From Candidatus Omnitrophota bacterium (GTDB taxonomy: Bacteria; Ratteibacteria; UBA8468; MWAK01), in the NCBI GenBank assembly GCA_043826355.1, contig JBDRQI010000002.1, positions 32,001 through 96,000 on the forward strand: 64,000 nt of DNA, written 5' to 3'. Under the pieces are notes generated by a model. The model had not been told where the DNA came from. It ran no database searches and was given only the letters and a program-made list of their open reading frames with translations. A program made the position numbers and the translations under genes. The first letter of the stretch is position 1. Every line of letters starts with the position of its first letter. Of the stretch, positions 46,674 to 58,130 are shown one piece after another.

Positions 46674-48059
46674 ATGGAAGGAAGGGAAAAATGCGGGGTT
46701 TTTGGAATATACGGACATCCGGAATCGGCCGACCTGACTTTTCTGGGTCTTTACGCACTCCAGCACCGGGGCCAGGAGAGCGCCGGAATTGTTGCTTCTG
46801 ACGGCAAGGAGTTGAAGTCTCATTTGGGCATGGGCCGGGTCTCCGAGGTCTTCTCCCCGGAAAAACTGAAAGGCTTGACCGGGCACCTGGCGATCGGCCA
46901 CACCCGCTATTCCACTACCGGCGGTTCCAACATCAAAAACGCCCAGCCCTTTCTGGCCGACTATTACGACGGTTTGATTGCGGTCGGACATAACGGCAAC
47001 TTCACCAACACCAAAGCCTTGAGGCGCCGGCTGGAAAAACAGGGCGCGCTCTTCCATTCCACCACTGACAGCGAACTGGTTACCCACCTCATCAGCCACA
47101 GCAAAACAAAGACCTTTCCCGAAAACTTGATTGAGGCGCTGTTCCAGATTGAAGGCGCCTACTGCCTGGTCTTTATTACCAGGGACAAAATAATCGCGGC
47201 GCGCGACCCGCATGGTTTCCGGCCCCTCTGCCTGGGAAAAATCAACGGCGGGTATGTAGTTGCTTCGGAAACCGCAGCCCTGGACATCTGTGAAGCCGAA
47301 TACCTTCGGGAAGTGGAGCCGGGTGAAGTTGTGATTATCAGCGAAAAAGGCCTGGAGTCGCTCCAGCCGTTTTCAAGCCGGAAACACGCTCTCTGCATCT
47401 TTGAGTACATCTATTTTGCCCGGCCGGACAGCCGTATTTTCGGTCACAGCGTTTATCTGACCCGCAAGCGGCTGGGTGAACAACTGGCGCAGGAATCGCC
47501 GGCAAGCGGCGACTTTGTCATGCCGGTTCCGGACTCCGGCAACTATGCGGCGCTGGGTTTCAGCCAGAAAACAGGCCGGCCGTTTGAAATGGGTTTTATC
47601 CGCAATCATTACGTCGGCCGGACCTTCATTCAGCCGGCGCAGAGGGTAAGAGACCTGAGCGTCAAAATTAAACTGAACCCGGTCCGGGAACTGATTTCCG
47701 GTAAAAAAGTAATTCTGGTTGAGGATTCAATCGTCCGCGGCACAACCAGCCGCAGCCGGGTGCGGACCCTGCGTAATTTCGGCGCCAAAGAAATTCACAT
47801 GCGGGTCAGCTGCCCGCCGCACCGGCACCCTTGTTTTTACGGAATTGACTTTCCCACACCGGAAGAACTGCTGGCGAACCGGTACGATTTGAAGGAGATG
47901 ACCAAATACCTCAACCTGGACAGCCTCAGTTATTTAAGCCACGAAGGGATGCTGGCCGCAATGCCTCTGCCGGCGGAAGAGTTCTGCACCGCCTGTTTCA
48001 GCGGAAGATACCCGTTTGAGCCGGAAGAAGGCCTGTCTAAAGAAGTTCTGGAGAAGTAG
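46674..48059 (+). CDS. purF: Amidophosphoribosyltransferase
   Basis: EKCGVFG, LQHRGQESAG, GHTRYST, CIFEYIYFARPDS, EDSIVRGTT. Confidence 0.97.
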   Translation: MEGREKCGVFGIYGHPESADLTFLGLYALQHRGQESAGIVASDGKELKSHLGMGRVSEVFSPEKLKGLTGHLAIGHTRYSTTGGSNIKNAQPFLADYYDGLIAVGHNGNFTNTKALRRRLEKQGALFHSTTDSELVTHLISHSKTKTFPENLIEALFQIEGAYCLVFITRDKIIAARDPHGFRPLCLGKINGGYVVASETAALDICEAEYLREVEPGEVVIISEKGLESLQPFSSRKHALCIFEYIYFARPDSRIFGHSVYLTRKRLGEQLAQESPASGDFVMPVPDSGNYAALGFSQKTGRPFEMGFIRNHYVGRTFIQPAQRVRDLSVKIKLNPVRELISGKKVILVEDSIVRGTTSRSRVRTLRNFGAKEIHMRVSCPPHRHPCFYGIDFPTPEELLANRYDLKEMTKYLNLDSLSYLSHEGMLAAMPLPAEEFCTACFSGRYPFEPEEGLSKEVLEK

Positions 48060-48090
48060 GGGCGTCAAAAAGGCAAGTAAGAAACGGTTA

Positions 48091-49101
48091 TTATAAGAAT
48101 TTTCTAATTTTTGGCCAGGCCAGTTTGGCGTAGAAGCGGTGACCTTCCTTTCCAACCAAAAGATGCAGTTGCCGGTCGGCCTTAAATGCCTGATAAATCT
48201 TTTTGGTCTGCCGGAAAGCTTTTTTAACACCGGCAACCGGAAAGATGGGGTCGGTCTCGCCGGCCAGAATTATCAACGGCCTGGGTGCAATTAAACCGGC
48301 TAAATCACCCATATCAGCTACTTTCAATATCCCGGGAAGGTAATTATCGGTGCAGTGGTAGATTTGCATCAGGCTGTCGCGGTAACTGCAGTAATAGCAG
48401 GATGGGACCGCCACCTTGATGCGTTCGTCAACACAGGCGGTAAAAAAGGTTACCGTTCCTCCTCCGGAATTTCCCGTGCAGGCAATCCGGCGGCCGTCAA
48501 TCTCCTTTCTTGTTTTTAAATAATCAATACCCCTGATGACGTCCCAAACCCTTTCTCCGACAAGCGTCTTACCCAATAGCAGGGAATGCATGGCGGCGTC
48601 CTGACAACCGTGGGGCGCCTTCTCTTTCTGTTTTGTTTCCCGCCGCTCTCCGAAACATCGTTGTTCTATGACCAGAGCGGCGTAATTATTTTCTATCGCC
48701 TGGATAGCCAGGTCCCTGTCTCCGGCAATCAGTTCCTCTTCTTCTTTGTTGCTTGCCTGGCCTATGGAAATATGCATTCCGGGCGAATGGCCCTGCAGAC
48801 AGATTATGACCGGGAAGGGCGGACTGATTTTAGCGGGAATCAAAAGATAAGCAGGCACATCGGCAAACGGTTCACTTTGGAAAACAATCTTTTCCCGGAT
48901 ACAACCGGGAAGAATTTTCTTTTCAACGGTTTCAGCTTTCAAGGGCGTCCGGACCGGGAAACCGCCCAACATTTCTTCCAGTCGAAGCCGCAGTTTTTTC
49001 TGCCAAACGTAAGGGTCTTCGCCGGTCCGGAAAGATGCTTCCGGTTTAATCGTCTTAAGGTAATTAAAATGGTACTCGCTGGGCGCAAAATGTTTCTTCA
49101 T
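48091..49101 (-). CDS. Alpha/beta hydrolase (dienelactone hydrolase / acetylxylan esterase-like)
   Basis: VPAYLLIP, CLQGH, GNSGGG nucleophile elbow, LIAPRPL, EGHRFY. Confidence 0.85.
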   Translation of the reverse strand: MKKHFAPSEYHFNYLKTIKPEASFRTGEDPYVWQKKLRLRLEEMLGGFPVRTPLKAETVEKKILPGCIREKIVFQSEPFADVPAYLLIPAKISPPFPVIICLQGHSPGMHISIGQASNKEEEELIAGDRDLAIQAIENNYAALVIEQRCFGERRETKQKEKAPHGCQDAAMHSLLLGKTLVGERVWDVIRGIDYLKTRKEIDGRRIACTGNSGGGTVTFFTACVDERIKVAVPSCYYCSYRDSLMQIYHCTDNYLPGILKVADMGDLAGLIAPRPLIILAGETDPIFPVAGVKKAFRQTKKIYQAFKADRQLHLLVGKEGHRFYAKLAWPKIRKFL

Positions 49102-49127
49102 TCTTTTTCTCCGTTTATTCCCAGGGT

Positions 49128-50640
<1,513 letters not shown>

Positions 50641-50657
<17 letters not shown>

Positions 50658-51264
50658 AATTTTTTGTATACTCCACAAAATTTTCCAGCATCCTTAACCC
50701 CAGATCTCCGCTCTTCTCCGGGTGAAACTGGGCGGCGAAGATATTTCCTTTCTGGAGCGCCGCTGTAAAAGAAACCCCGTATTCGGTGCGGCCTGTCTCG
50801 GTTTCTCGGCTCTTTCCATAATAAGAGTGGACAAAATAGAACTGCGAACCCTCCGGGATTCCGGAAAAAAGCGGGCTGGGTTGGGTGTAGGCAACGCTGT
50901 TCCAGCCGATTTGCGGGACCTTTACCGTATCCGGGAAACGTTGGTTTTTACCTTCAATAATTTTGAACCCGGCTTCCGCGCCTTCTTCGCTTCCGGTGAA
51001 TAGAAGTTGGAAACCCAGGCAGATGCCCAGGAAAGGCAGGTCCTTTTTCAGGTAATCAAGTACTATCTGAAAAAGTCCGGCAGATTTAAGATTGTTTACC
51101 GCGGCGTCAAAAGCGCCAACCCCGGGCAGGACAACACCCTGCGCGCCATTCAGCAATTCCGGTTCGGAACCCATCCTGACCCTGGCGCCGACTTTCTCCA
51201 GTGCTTTGCTGACACTGCGCAGGTTTCCCAGGCCGTAGTCCACTACCCAGATATATTTTTCCAT
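50641..51264 (-). CDS. hisH: Imidazole glycerol phosphate synthase glutaminase subunit
   Basis: [39 protein letters not shown]. Confidence 0.95.
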
Positions 51265-51324
51265 TGTCGTTGCGAGCTCCCTCTTTACCACCCCCGCAGT
51301 GGAGGATAAGGCAAGGGGGTGTCA

Positions 51325-53379
51325 TTATCTATGCATCAGGATGGGCCAGATCAGTTCCGAAAAATTATTTTTGAGGGAAAGCGCCTTGTTTACCATATAA
51401 TAATTTACGTCCATATTGGCGGATTCATTCGGAGGCACTTTAGTATACTTACCCCAGAATTCCAATGTATGCAAGGGTGTTTTTCCGCTTTTGTCGTGCC
51501 AAATATATAGATTGTCCATTTCATCCGGATTATAGGACATAACCACTCCTTCCCCGCTGCCTTCATCCACGCAAGCCCACCATCCCTGGTCAGGCTTATA
51601 AAAACAACCCGTATATTCTTTGGCGAGTTGAAGCCTGTTTAACCCGTTGCCGTTGGGATAATAGATAAAATCTTTTTCAGTTACATTGCCGCCTACCTGG
51701 AATTCTCCGTGTAATTTAATAAGGAATCTTTTTTCGTCGTTACCAATGTTAGTATATTTAACCTTAACATTTAATCTGGAACTGCCTTGATATATGCTCA
51801 TTTCTCTTTCAATTTTCACGTTTCCTTTGGAAGCAGTAACCATTACACCTATTCTGTCATTATCCCGGATAATCTCATAATCGTATTTTTCTCCCCAAAA
51901 AGTACCGGGGTAATTAAATCCACCATAGGAATCAACCATGTCTTTTAATCCACCACAATTTATCTGCGCAGATTTGGATAGAAGATTCTCCTTGTTTAGA
52001 TACAATTGATTACGCCCGGTTATTTTGTTAACAAATTCTATCATTCTGCCGTCTATATCCGGGGCAACGGTCACCTTAAGAAAATTATTCTCCAACTCCA
52101 CCGTTTTCAAGCCGTTATTGTTACTTTCTTTAACCGTGAGCATGGAATCATTGGGTATATCTATACGGTAAACATGCACCTGGTAAGGTTTGAACATATC
52201 TTGAAACTCTACGTTTCCCTTGAAAAAACCAGGCGCGATTTTAACCTTTCGTCCCTCGTATAATACTTCAGCCATCCCGCCTTTTTCAAAATCGCCTGCT
52301 TCAGATACAGCGAACTTCGCCGCGGTTGACCCGGTGCCGCTATTAACGGCAATCAGGTATAACTTATTTTGATACTCCTTCAGTATGGTGTAGACAGGGG
52401 AATATCCATTTTCACCTGCTTTGTTTTTAGAAATGATGCGCACCGACACCTTCTTTTCAGAAGTTTTTGAAAGTAAAACAGGCGAAAGGCTCTTAACTTC
52501 TGCAAGCAAATCTTTCATGTACGCCCATAAAGCAGGCTCTCTTTTTTCTATTGGCACGAGATCTTTTCCCACAAGTTGGTTGTAAGAGAAAAAACCGAAT
52601 CCGGTCGCTCCCCGGGTAATAGCCAGATAAACCATGCATTTTGCTTCTGTTGGAGTGGGCGCGCGGTTCTCATTCTCCATTAAGCCGGGAGTTTGACTAT
52701 CATCCTTAAACATCTGCACGATACAAAAGACAGGTTTCTTGCTGTCCACTCCTTTTACGGCGGAATCCACGATTCTGGCCACATCGGTTATCGCATAGCC
52801 CGGAAGAGGATATGGGTCGCAACTCATGATATCGGTTACTTTATAGTAGGTAAAAAAATCACCCATGCCCGTAAGATTCAACATTACCGGATGATTCGGA
52901 TCCAATTTTTTTATAAGATCGTAAACTTTTTCCAGCACTTCCGGTGATACTTTGAACGCTCCGTTTATTTTGGCATTAGCTTCATCCTCGAGGTCCCAAC
53001 ATAGAAGCGCCGGGTGGTCTCTATTTGCCAGGACAATTTTTTCTATCAGAGGAAGATTATCCGATATCCCGATAAGAGAAACAAAAGCCCTGAGCCCATT
53101 TTTATAACCAGTATCCAAATCTTCCCTGACACCCTCCGGGGAGCTTCCCCAGGCTTCAAAAACATTAAACCCCTGTTTGCTAACCGCCTGGTGTCCTTTA
53201 TGATAATGTCCGCTCCAATGGGCGTTTAAAGGCAAAAAGGGAGCTCCATTTACTAATAGTTCGTTATTCTTTCCAATTTCCACTTTTTTAACATCCGGAA
53301 GGTTTGTTTCGACTGCCGACAGATTAATATTCCACAAAGCAGCTATGAGTACAAAAATCGATAAACATTTCTTTCTCAT
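51325..53379 (-). CDS. Secreted glycoside-hydrolase-like protein with C-terminal mutarotase-like beta-sandwich
   Basis: Signal peptide; LLVNGAPF, HPALLCWDLEDE, LDPNHPV, DIMSCDPYP; second domain starting LENNFLKVTV. Confidence 0.6.
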   Translation of the reverse strand: MRKKCLSIFVLIAALWNINLSAVETNLPDVKKVEIGKNNELLVNGAPFLPLNAHWSGHYHKGHQAVSKQGFNVFEAWGSSPEGVREDLDTGYKNGLRAFVSLIGISDNLPLIEKIVLANRDHPALLCWDLEDEANAKINGAFKVSPEVLEKVYDLIKKLDPNHPVMLNLTGMGDFFTYYKVTDIMSCDPYPLPGYAITDVARIVDSAVKGVDSKKPVFCIVQMFKDDSQTPGLMENENRAPTPTEAKCMVYLAITRGATGFGFFSYNQLVGKDLVPIEKREPALWAYMKDLLAEVKSLSPVLLSKTSEKKVSVRIISKNKAGENGYSPVYTILKEYQNKLYLIAVNSGTGSTAAKFAVSEAGDFEKGGMAEVLYEGRKVKIAPGFFKGNVEFQDMFKPYQVHVYRIDIPNDSMLTVKESNNNGLKTVELENNFLKVTVAPDIDGRMIEFVNKITGRNQLYLNKENLLSKSAQINCGGLKDMVDSYGGFNYPGTFWGEKYDYEIIRDNDRIGVMVTASKGNVKIEREMSIYQGSSRLNVKVKYTNIGNDEKRFLIKLHGEFQVGGNVTEKDFIYYPNGNGLNRLQLAKEYTGCFYKPDQGWWACVDEGSGEGVVMSYNPDEMDNLYIWHDKSGKTPLHTLEFWGKYTKVPPNESANMDVNYYMVNKALSLKNNFSELIWPILMHR

Positions 53380-53451
53380 TTTTTCTCCCGTATTGTCTTT
53401 GCTGTGTCTTGACTCAGCGTGAAATGGACAAGTTCGCTGGTCTGCTGGACT

Positions 53452-54675
53452 TCACGGCTTCATCGGAAAGTCGTACAGGTGCACCGCATACGGTGCAAAA
53501 GTGTCTTCAATCGTACTTTCTGTCACCGGTATGAGCCGGTTTTCAAACCGTACCGCGGCTTGCGGCGCTTTGGGATTTACCGGGAGCGTCAGGCGGGCCT
53601 TAACCAACGAATTGAAACCGTTCACCGCTATGAGGAAGTACCCGGTCTCCGTCTTCCGCAGTGAGACGTGCAGTGCCGGGTGGTTCCACGGTCCCGGTTC
53701 ATCCGAGCCTTCGGTGATCTCCGTTTTGACGTTTCCCTGTACCGGGGGAGCCAGCAGATACGGCGCCAGAGCGGCAAGTTCCGTTGTCAGGTCCGCCCAC
53801 TGCGCCCAGTACGCGGGGGCAGACTCACTGGTTCGCCAGCCCAACCCCGGCGGATTATCCCAGATAGGTCGTTCGTTGAAGCTGTAGTAAGCCACTCCGG
53901 TGATGCCATGTGCCAGGGCCATGTAGGTCATGCAACGTACTTCCGCCATCGTAGGATGCCGGTCCTTGTCGCCCAGTTCCGGCCGGACAGGCGCCATCTG
54001 CAATACCAGCCAAGGCACCTTGCCCGCGGCACCTTGAACGACAACATCGGCATAAGAGGCCACGGCCGGCAGGGCTGTTCCCGGTACCGGATAGATGTCA
54101 TCGGACTGGATATCGGCGACAGCATTGTAAGCCTGGTGATCCGCCAGGTAACCATGGGCGAGGTTGATCCAAACAGGGTGAACAGGATCGAGCCGCTTGA
54201 GCAACTCATAAATGGGCTTTAGTTTGGCCGGAGGCAGTCTAAATGGCCGCTCGGCGTAGGGCATATCTTTCGGTTCCGGAAGGCGGATGTTGGGTTCATC
54301 TTCCAGCAGCCAAACCAGTAGTCCCGGGGCTTCGCGACAGGCTAACACAATCTTCTCGACTAGTTCCGGTTGTTCGCAATAAGCATTCAGCGCCAGGGCC
54401 GAGTACATGCCGTTCGCGAACGCATCGTCAACGTCTTTACGCATATCTTCAGGGGAGCCGCCGTAGGCCTGGACCAAATTGAAGCCCTGGGTTCCGCATT
54501 CGCGCAAGCCTTTGTGCCAGTGGCCGGCATGGTAGACACCAATGGGAAAGAAGGGTTTCCCGTTGACGATCAGCCTCCCGTCACGCGTTTCAACGGTTTT
54601 GACTGCCGGTAGCGCATTGCTCCGTGAGACAAACAAAGACAAACCTAAAAAAACCAAACACATAACCTTTACCAT
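53452..54675 (-). CDS. Secreted glycoside-hydrolase-like protein
   Basis: Signal peptide; LIVNGKPFFPIGVY, LLVWLLEDEPN, LDPVHPV, DIQSDDIYP. Confidence 0.6.
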   Translation of the reverse strand: MVKVMCLVFLGLSLFVSRSNALPAVKTVETRDGRLIVNGKPFFPIGVYHAGHWHKGLRECGTQGFNLVQAYGGSPEDMRKDVDDAFANGMYSALALNAYCEQPELVEKIVLACREAPGLLVWLLEDEPNIRLPEPKDMPYAERPFRLPPAKLKPIYELLKRLDPVHPVWINLAHGYLADHQAYNAVADIQSDDIYPVPGTALPAVASYADVVVQGAAGKVPWLVLQMAPVRPELGDKDRHPTMAEVRCMTYMALAHGITGVAYYSFNERPIWDNPPGLGWRTSESAPAYWAQWADLTTELAALAPYLLAPPVQGNVKTEITEGSDEPGPWNHPALHVSLRKTETGYFLIAVNGFNSLVKARLTLPVNPKAPQAAVRFENRLIPVTESTIEDTFAPYAVHLYDFPMKP

Positions 54676-54706
54676 GCTGTCCTCCAAGATACAACTCTTG
54701 TATTTT

Positions 54707-55435
54707 TTATTTTTGTAACTGTTCACCCAGGATGAGGGCTTCGGCCACCTGGCGCATTGATGTGCGGCGGTCCATACTCTCCTTCTGGATGAAGCGGAAA
54801 GCCTCCGCCTCGCCCAATCCTTTCTTGTGCATCAGAATTCCCTTTGCCCGTTCAATCATCTTGCGGCTTGCCAACTCCTCCTCGATGACCCGAGTTTTGA
54901 CCATCAGTTGGGTATTTTCAATCGTCACCGCGGCCTGGCTGGCCACCGTCTGGAGGATTTCAATCTCCTCTTCGCTGAATTTGTGAGGAGTCGAACTGTA
55001 GGTATTGAGCACGCCGATAACCTTGCCCCGCACCGCCAGCGGAACCGAGAGCATGGAAGCCAGGCCTTCTTTTTTAGCCAGGTCCTTGTGGATATATTCT
55101 TTTTCCGACTGGACGTCAAAGATCACGATGGGCCGGTTTTCAACCGCCACTTTGCCGGCAACCCCCTCGCCCATTTTCAGGTTGGGCTTGCGGATATATT
55201 CCGGGTTGATGGACTGGGTTGCCTTAATCTCCAGTTCTTTTTTGTCGTTCAGGAGCATCAGCGAGCAGATTTTTGAGTTCATTACTCCGGCGGTGACGGT
55301 GACGATGAGCCGCAGGACGTCCTCCAGGTAGAGGTCGGAACTGATTGCGGCGCTGACCTTGCTCAGCGCGTTCAGGATTTCGCCGGTGGAGTGTTCTTGC
55401 GTTTTAGTTTTCTTTGATGCTTTTTTTTGGGTCAT
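54707..55435 (-). CDS. GAF-ANTAR RNA-binding antitermination regulator
   Basis: GAF (GEGVAG, SMLSVPL, QAAVTIEN), coiled coil, ANTAR (RKMIERAKGILM, EAFRFIQKESMD, VAEAL). Confidence 0.92.
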   Translation of the reverse strand: MTQKKASKKTKTQEHSTGEILNALSKVSAAISSDLYLEDVLRLIVTVTAGVMNSKICSLMLLNDKKELEIKATQSINPEYIRKPNLKMGEGVAGKVAVENRPIVIFDVQSEKEYIHKDLAKKEGLASMLSVPLAVRGKVIGVLNTYSSTPHKFSEEEIEILQTVASQAAVTIENTQLMVKTRVIEEELASRKMIERAKGILMHKKGLGEAEAFRFIQKESMDRRTSMRQVAEALILGEQLQK

Positions 55436-56072
55436 TTTTTCTCCCGATTTTCTTTTCCACGCGCATGAGTTCCCGGCGCAGGTTTTCCTGAATCAGGGCG
55501 CTGGTAAGGTCTCCCCGGCTTCGCTCAATGATACCGCGGTCGTTGTCAACCATACGGCGCAAACCGCGCAGGATTGCGTCCGGGTAGTCAAGCGAAAAGA
55601 GGAAATAGTAAAAACTGTCCATTACGGAAAGGATGTGTTCCGCCTCGGCAAATTCCTGTTTGCGCAGGCGGTCCAGCAGGTGCCGCCGCATCTCGCCGAT
55701 CGCCTCGGCCATTCCGTTGAGATATTCCGGCGCCGCGATTGAAAGTTCCGCCGGCAGGGGAAGTCGCTTGTCGCCCAGGACCGCAAGGGTGATGGCGGCT
55801 TCCGCATACTCCTTTTCCGCCATGGTCACAAAACCGGCAAAGCGCAGGTCGGGTTCCTTCGCCAGCAATTTCTGTATCTCTTTTATCGCTTTAGACGCTT
55901 TCTGCAGGTCCTTTTTCGCGTTCTGCCAGTGGTGCCGGTGCACTTCCTTGATGATTTCGGAAGCCATACGGACAACTTCGCGGCAAGCAGGCATGACCTT
56001 CTCCCGCATCCGGTCTTTGTGGTCCAACTTTGACTCAATCTCTTTTTCAACCAGTTTCAGCGTTTTTTCCAT
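55404..56072 (-). CDS. Translin/TRAX family protein (COG2178-like)
   Basis: All-helical; D..RE, EKEYAEA, YLNGMAEAIGEMRR, LRRMVD..RGIIER. Confidence 0.8.
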   Translation of the reverse strand: MEKTLKLVEKEIESKLDHKDRMREKVMPACREVVRMASEIIKEVHRHHWQNAKKDLQKASKAIKEIQKLLAKEPDLRFAGFVTMAEKEYAEAAITLAVLGDKRLPLPAELSIAAPEYLNGMAEAIGEMRRHLLDRLRKQEFAEAEHILSVMDSFYYFLFSLDYPDAILRGLRRMVDNDRGIIERSRGDLTSALIQENLRRELMRVEKKIGRKNDPKKSIKEN

Positions 56073-56824
56073 TTTTCTCCCTGTGCATTTATCAGATGCG
56101 CCATAAAGCCGGCGCCGAAGCCATTGTCAATATTTACCACCGCCACGTTGGGACTGCATGAGTTCAGCATCGTCAAAAGCGGGGTCAGACCTGCGAAAGA
56201 AGCGCCGTATCCGATGGAAGTAGGCACGCCGATGACCGGTCTTCCGGAGATACCGGCCACCACCGAAGGCAGGGCGCCTTCCATCCCGGCCACCGCCACG
56301 ATGCAGGCTGCTTTTTGAATTGCCTCCACCGAATTTAGGAGCCGGTGCAGTCCGGCCACGCCGGCGTCATAAACGGTCTTCACCCGGCTGCCCATCACCT
56401 TGGCGGTAATCTCCGCTTCCCTGGCAACCGGAAGGTCCGCGGTGCCGGCGCTGACAACCATAATGTAGTTTTTGGAAGTTGGTTCGGATATCTTCCCGGT
56501 CAGAAGCCGCGCTTCCGGAAAATAAGTGAGTCCGGGAATCTTTTTTCGCAGTAGCGCCGCCCGCTTGGCTTCCAGCCGGGTGACCAGAAACTTTTCCGGG
56601 TGGTCCCGGGCAATCTCTCTTACGAGCTCAAACAACTGTTCGTCGGTCTTGCCCGGCGCGTAGATGACTTCCGGGAAGCCGCAGCGCAGAGCCCGGTGCG
56701 TATCCAGCCGGGCAAAACCCAGGTCGCGGTATGGCAGGGACTTCAGTTCCGTCAGCACCGTTTCCGCGCTTTTCCGCCCCGCCTTAAACTCCTGCAGTAA
56801 CTTCCGTAAATGTTTTTCGTCCAT
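56057..56824 (-). CDS. larB: Nickel-pincer cofactor biosynthesis protein LarB
   Basis: FARLDTHRALRCGFPEVIY, AGTADLPVA, DAGVAGLHRL, AGMEGALPSVV, PTSIGYG, VVNIDNGFGA. Confidence 0.93.
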   Translation of the reverse strand: MDEKHLRKLLQEFKAGRKSAETVLTELKSLPYRDLGFARLDTHRALRCGFPEVIYAPGKTDEQLFELVREIARDHPEKFLVTRLEAKRAALLRKKIPGLTYFPEARLLTGKISEPTSKNYIMVVSAGTADLPVAREAEITAKVMGSRVKTVYDAGVAGLHRLLNSVEAIQKAACIVAVAGMEGALPSVVAGISGRPVIGVPTSIGYGASFAGLTPLLTMLNSCSPNVAVVNIDNGFGAGFMAHLINAQGEKWKKR

Positions 56825-56859
56825 AAGTCTTGATAACCCTCCCCTGTCGGGATAAATAT

Positions 56860-57279
56860 TTACAGTGGAAAAGTCATATAGTACGTCTTCTTTGGAATCA
56901 GGGATACGACTTCCGACACGGTCGTCAGCCCGGTGCTTTGGCGATCATGCACGTCAACCTCAATCCGAATCGCGGACGGTAACGTGCCCGGGAAACAGTC
57001 TCGCAGTTCGATGCCGGGGAATGCCCCTGGAACAATCCGGCTGGACCCGATCGTGATGTATTGACCGATTAGTCCGGGATGAGGTGCCTTTGGTCTCTGA
57101 AACAACAACCACGGGGCCGATGGTGTGGCGTGATGCAGAATGCGGTACTCGACGACTTCCAGATCGGAGTCGCTGCGGCTTTGAACAATAAACGCGAGGC
57201 GCCAACGGGGCCGGACAGGGTAATCCGCAACGTACACGGCGCGCGGCTCGACCATCGTTTCGACTACCGGACGACTCAT
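56860..57279 (-). CDS. Hypothetical protein, possibly a truncated N-terminal fragment
   Basis: Strong RBS AGGAGGTG before ATG; beta-rich ORF ending abruptly at YMTFPL*. Confidence 0.5.
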   Translation of the reverse strand: MSRPVVETMVEPRAVYVADYPVRPRWRLAFIVQSRSDSDLEVVEYRILHHATPSAPWLLFQRPKAPHPGLIGQYITIGSSRIVPGAFPGIELRDCFPGTLPSAIRIEVDVHDRQSTGLTTVSEVVSLIPKKTYYMTFPL

Positions 57280-57354
57280 CAGCTCACCTCCTAGTTCCCG
57301 TATTCAAGGTAACTATCACGATAGACCCAACCAACCGAATACTTCTTCGGTCAC

Positions 57355-58128
57355 TTATTTTTTCTTTAATTTTGATGCAATATTATATGTCTTTTTTGAA
57401 CTTTCATGCAGGTGGACAACGTCCAGGCCAAGTGCAATGAAATTATAACCCAAGGCAATGGTTGCCCTGATATTCTCTTCGTTAGGTCTGATGACGTGTA
57501 AGCCAAATGATTTTCCGGATTTAAAACTCAGTTGCCGGAAAGTTTCAAGGTATTTCAACATATCCGGGTGCTCCAACTGGCCGGGGATTCCCATGGACCC
57601 GCTTAAATCCAGAGGACCGAGAAAGACGCCGTCAACACCGTCAATATTGAGCATGCCTTCAAGATTGTCGATTGCATCTTTATGCTCAATTTGCATAATC
57701 ATTGCAATTTCATCGTTGGCGGTTTTGATATAATTGTCAAAGTCTATACCGTGAGTATTGGCGCGGCTGTAGCCAAAACCCCTTATTCCGCGCGGCGGAT
57801 ATTTTGCTTGGCAAACTGCGTTCTCAGCCTCCTTCGCATTTTTAACCATGGGGATAATAAGACCTTGCGCTCCTGCATCAAGGATGCGGTGTATCCAGAC
57901 CGGATCGTTCTGGGGTAGGCGAGCTATGGGTATGGTATTATATTTTTCTATCGTACGGAAAATATTGGCCGCGGTCTCAATATCGATTGCCCCATGTTCC
58001 ATGTCTACACATATCCAGTCAAAACCGTGACGGCAGAAAATTTCAGCAATGGAGGGATGTCCAATCTGCATCCATGCTCCCAGAGTAAACTTTCTTTCAA
58101 CGAGTGATTTGCGAAAAAGATTCTGCAT
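57355..58128 (-). CDS. HpcH/HpaI class II aldolase
   Basis: GFDWICVDMEHG, LDAGAQG, YPPRGIRG, QIEH, FLGPLDLS. Confidence 0.92.
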   Translation of the reverse strand: MQNLFRKSLVERKFTLGAWMQIGHPSIAEIFCRHGFDWICVDMEHGAIDIETAANIFRTIEKYNTIPIARLPQNDPVWIHRILDAGAQGLIIPMVKNAKEAENAVCQAKYPPRGIRGFGYSRANTHGIDFDNYIKTANDEIAMIMQIEHKDAIDNLEGMLNIDGVDGVFLGPLDLSGSMGIPGQLEHPDMLKYLETFRQLSFKSGKSFGLHVIRPNEENIRATIALGYNFIALGLDVVHLHESSKKTYNIASKLKKK

Positions 58129-58130
58129 AA

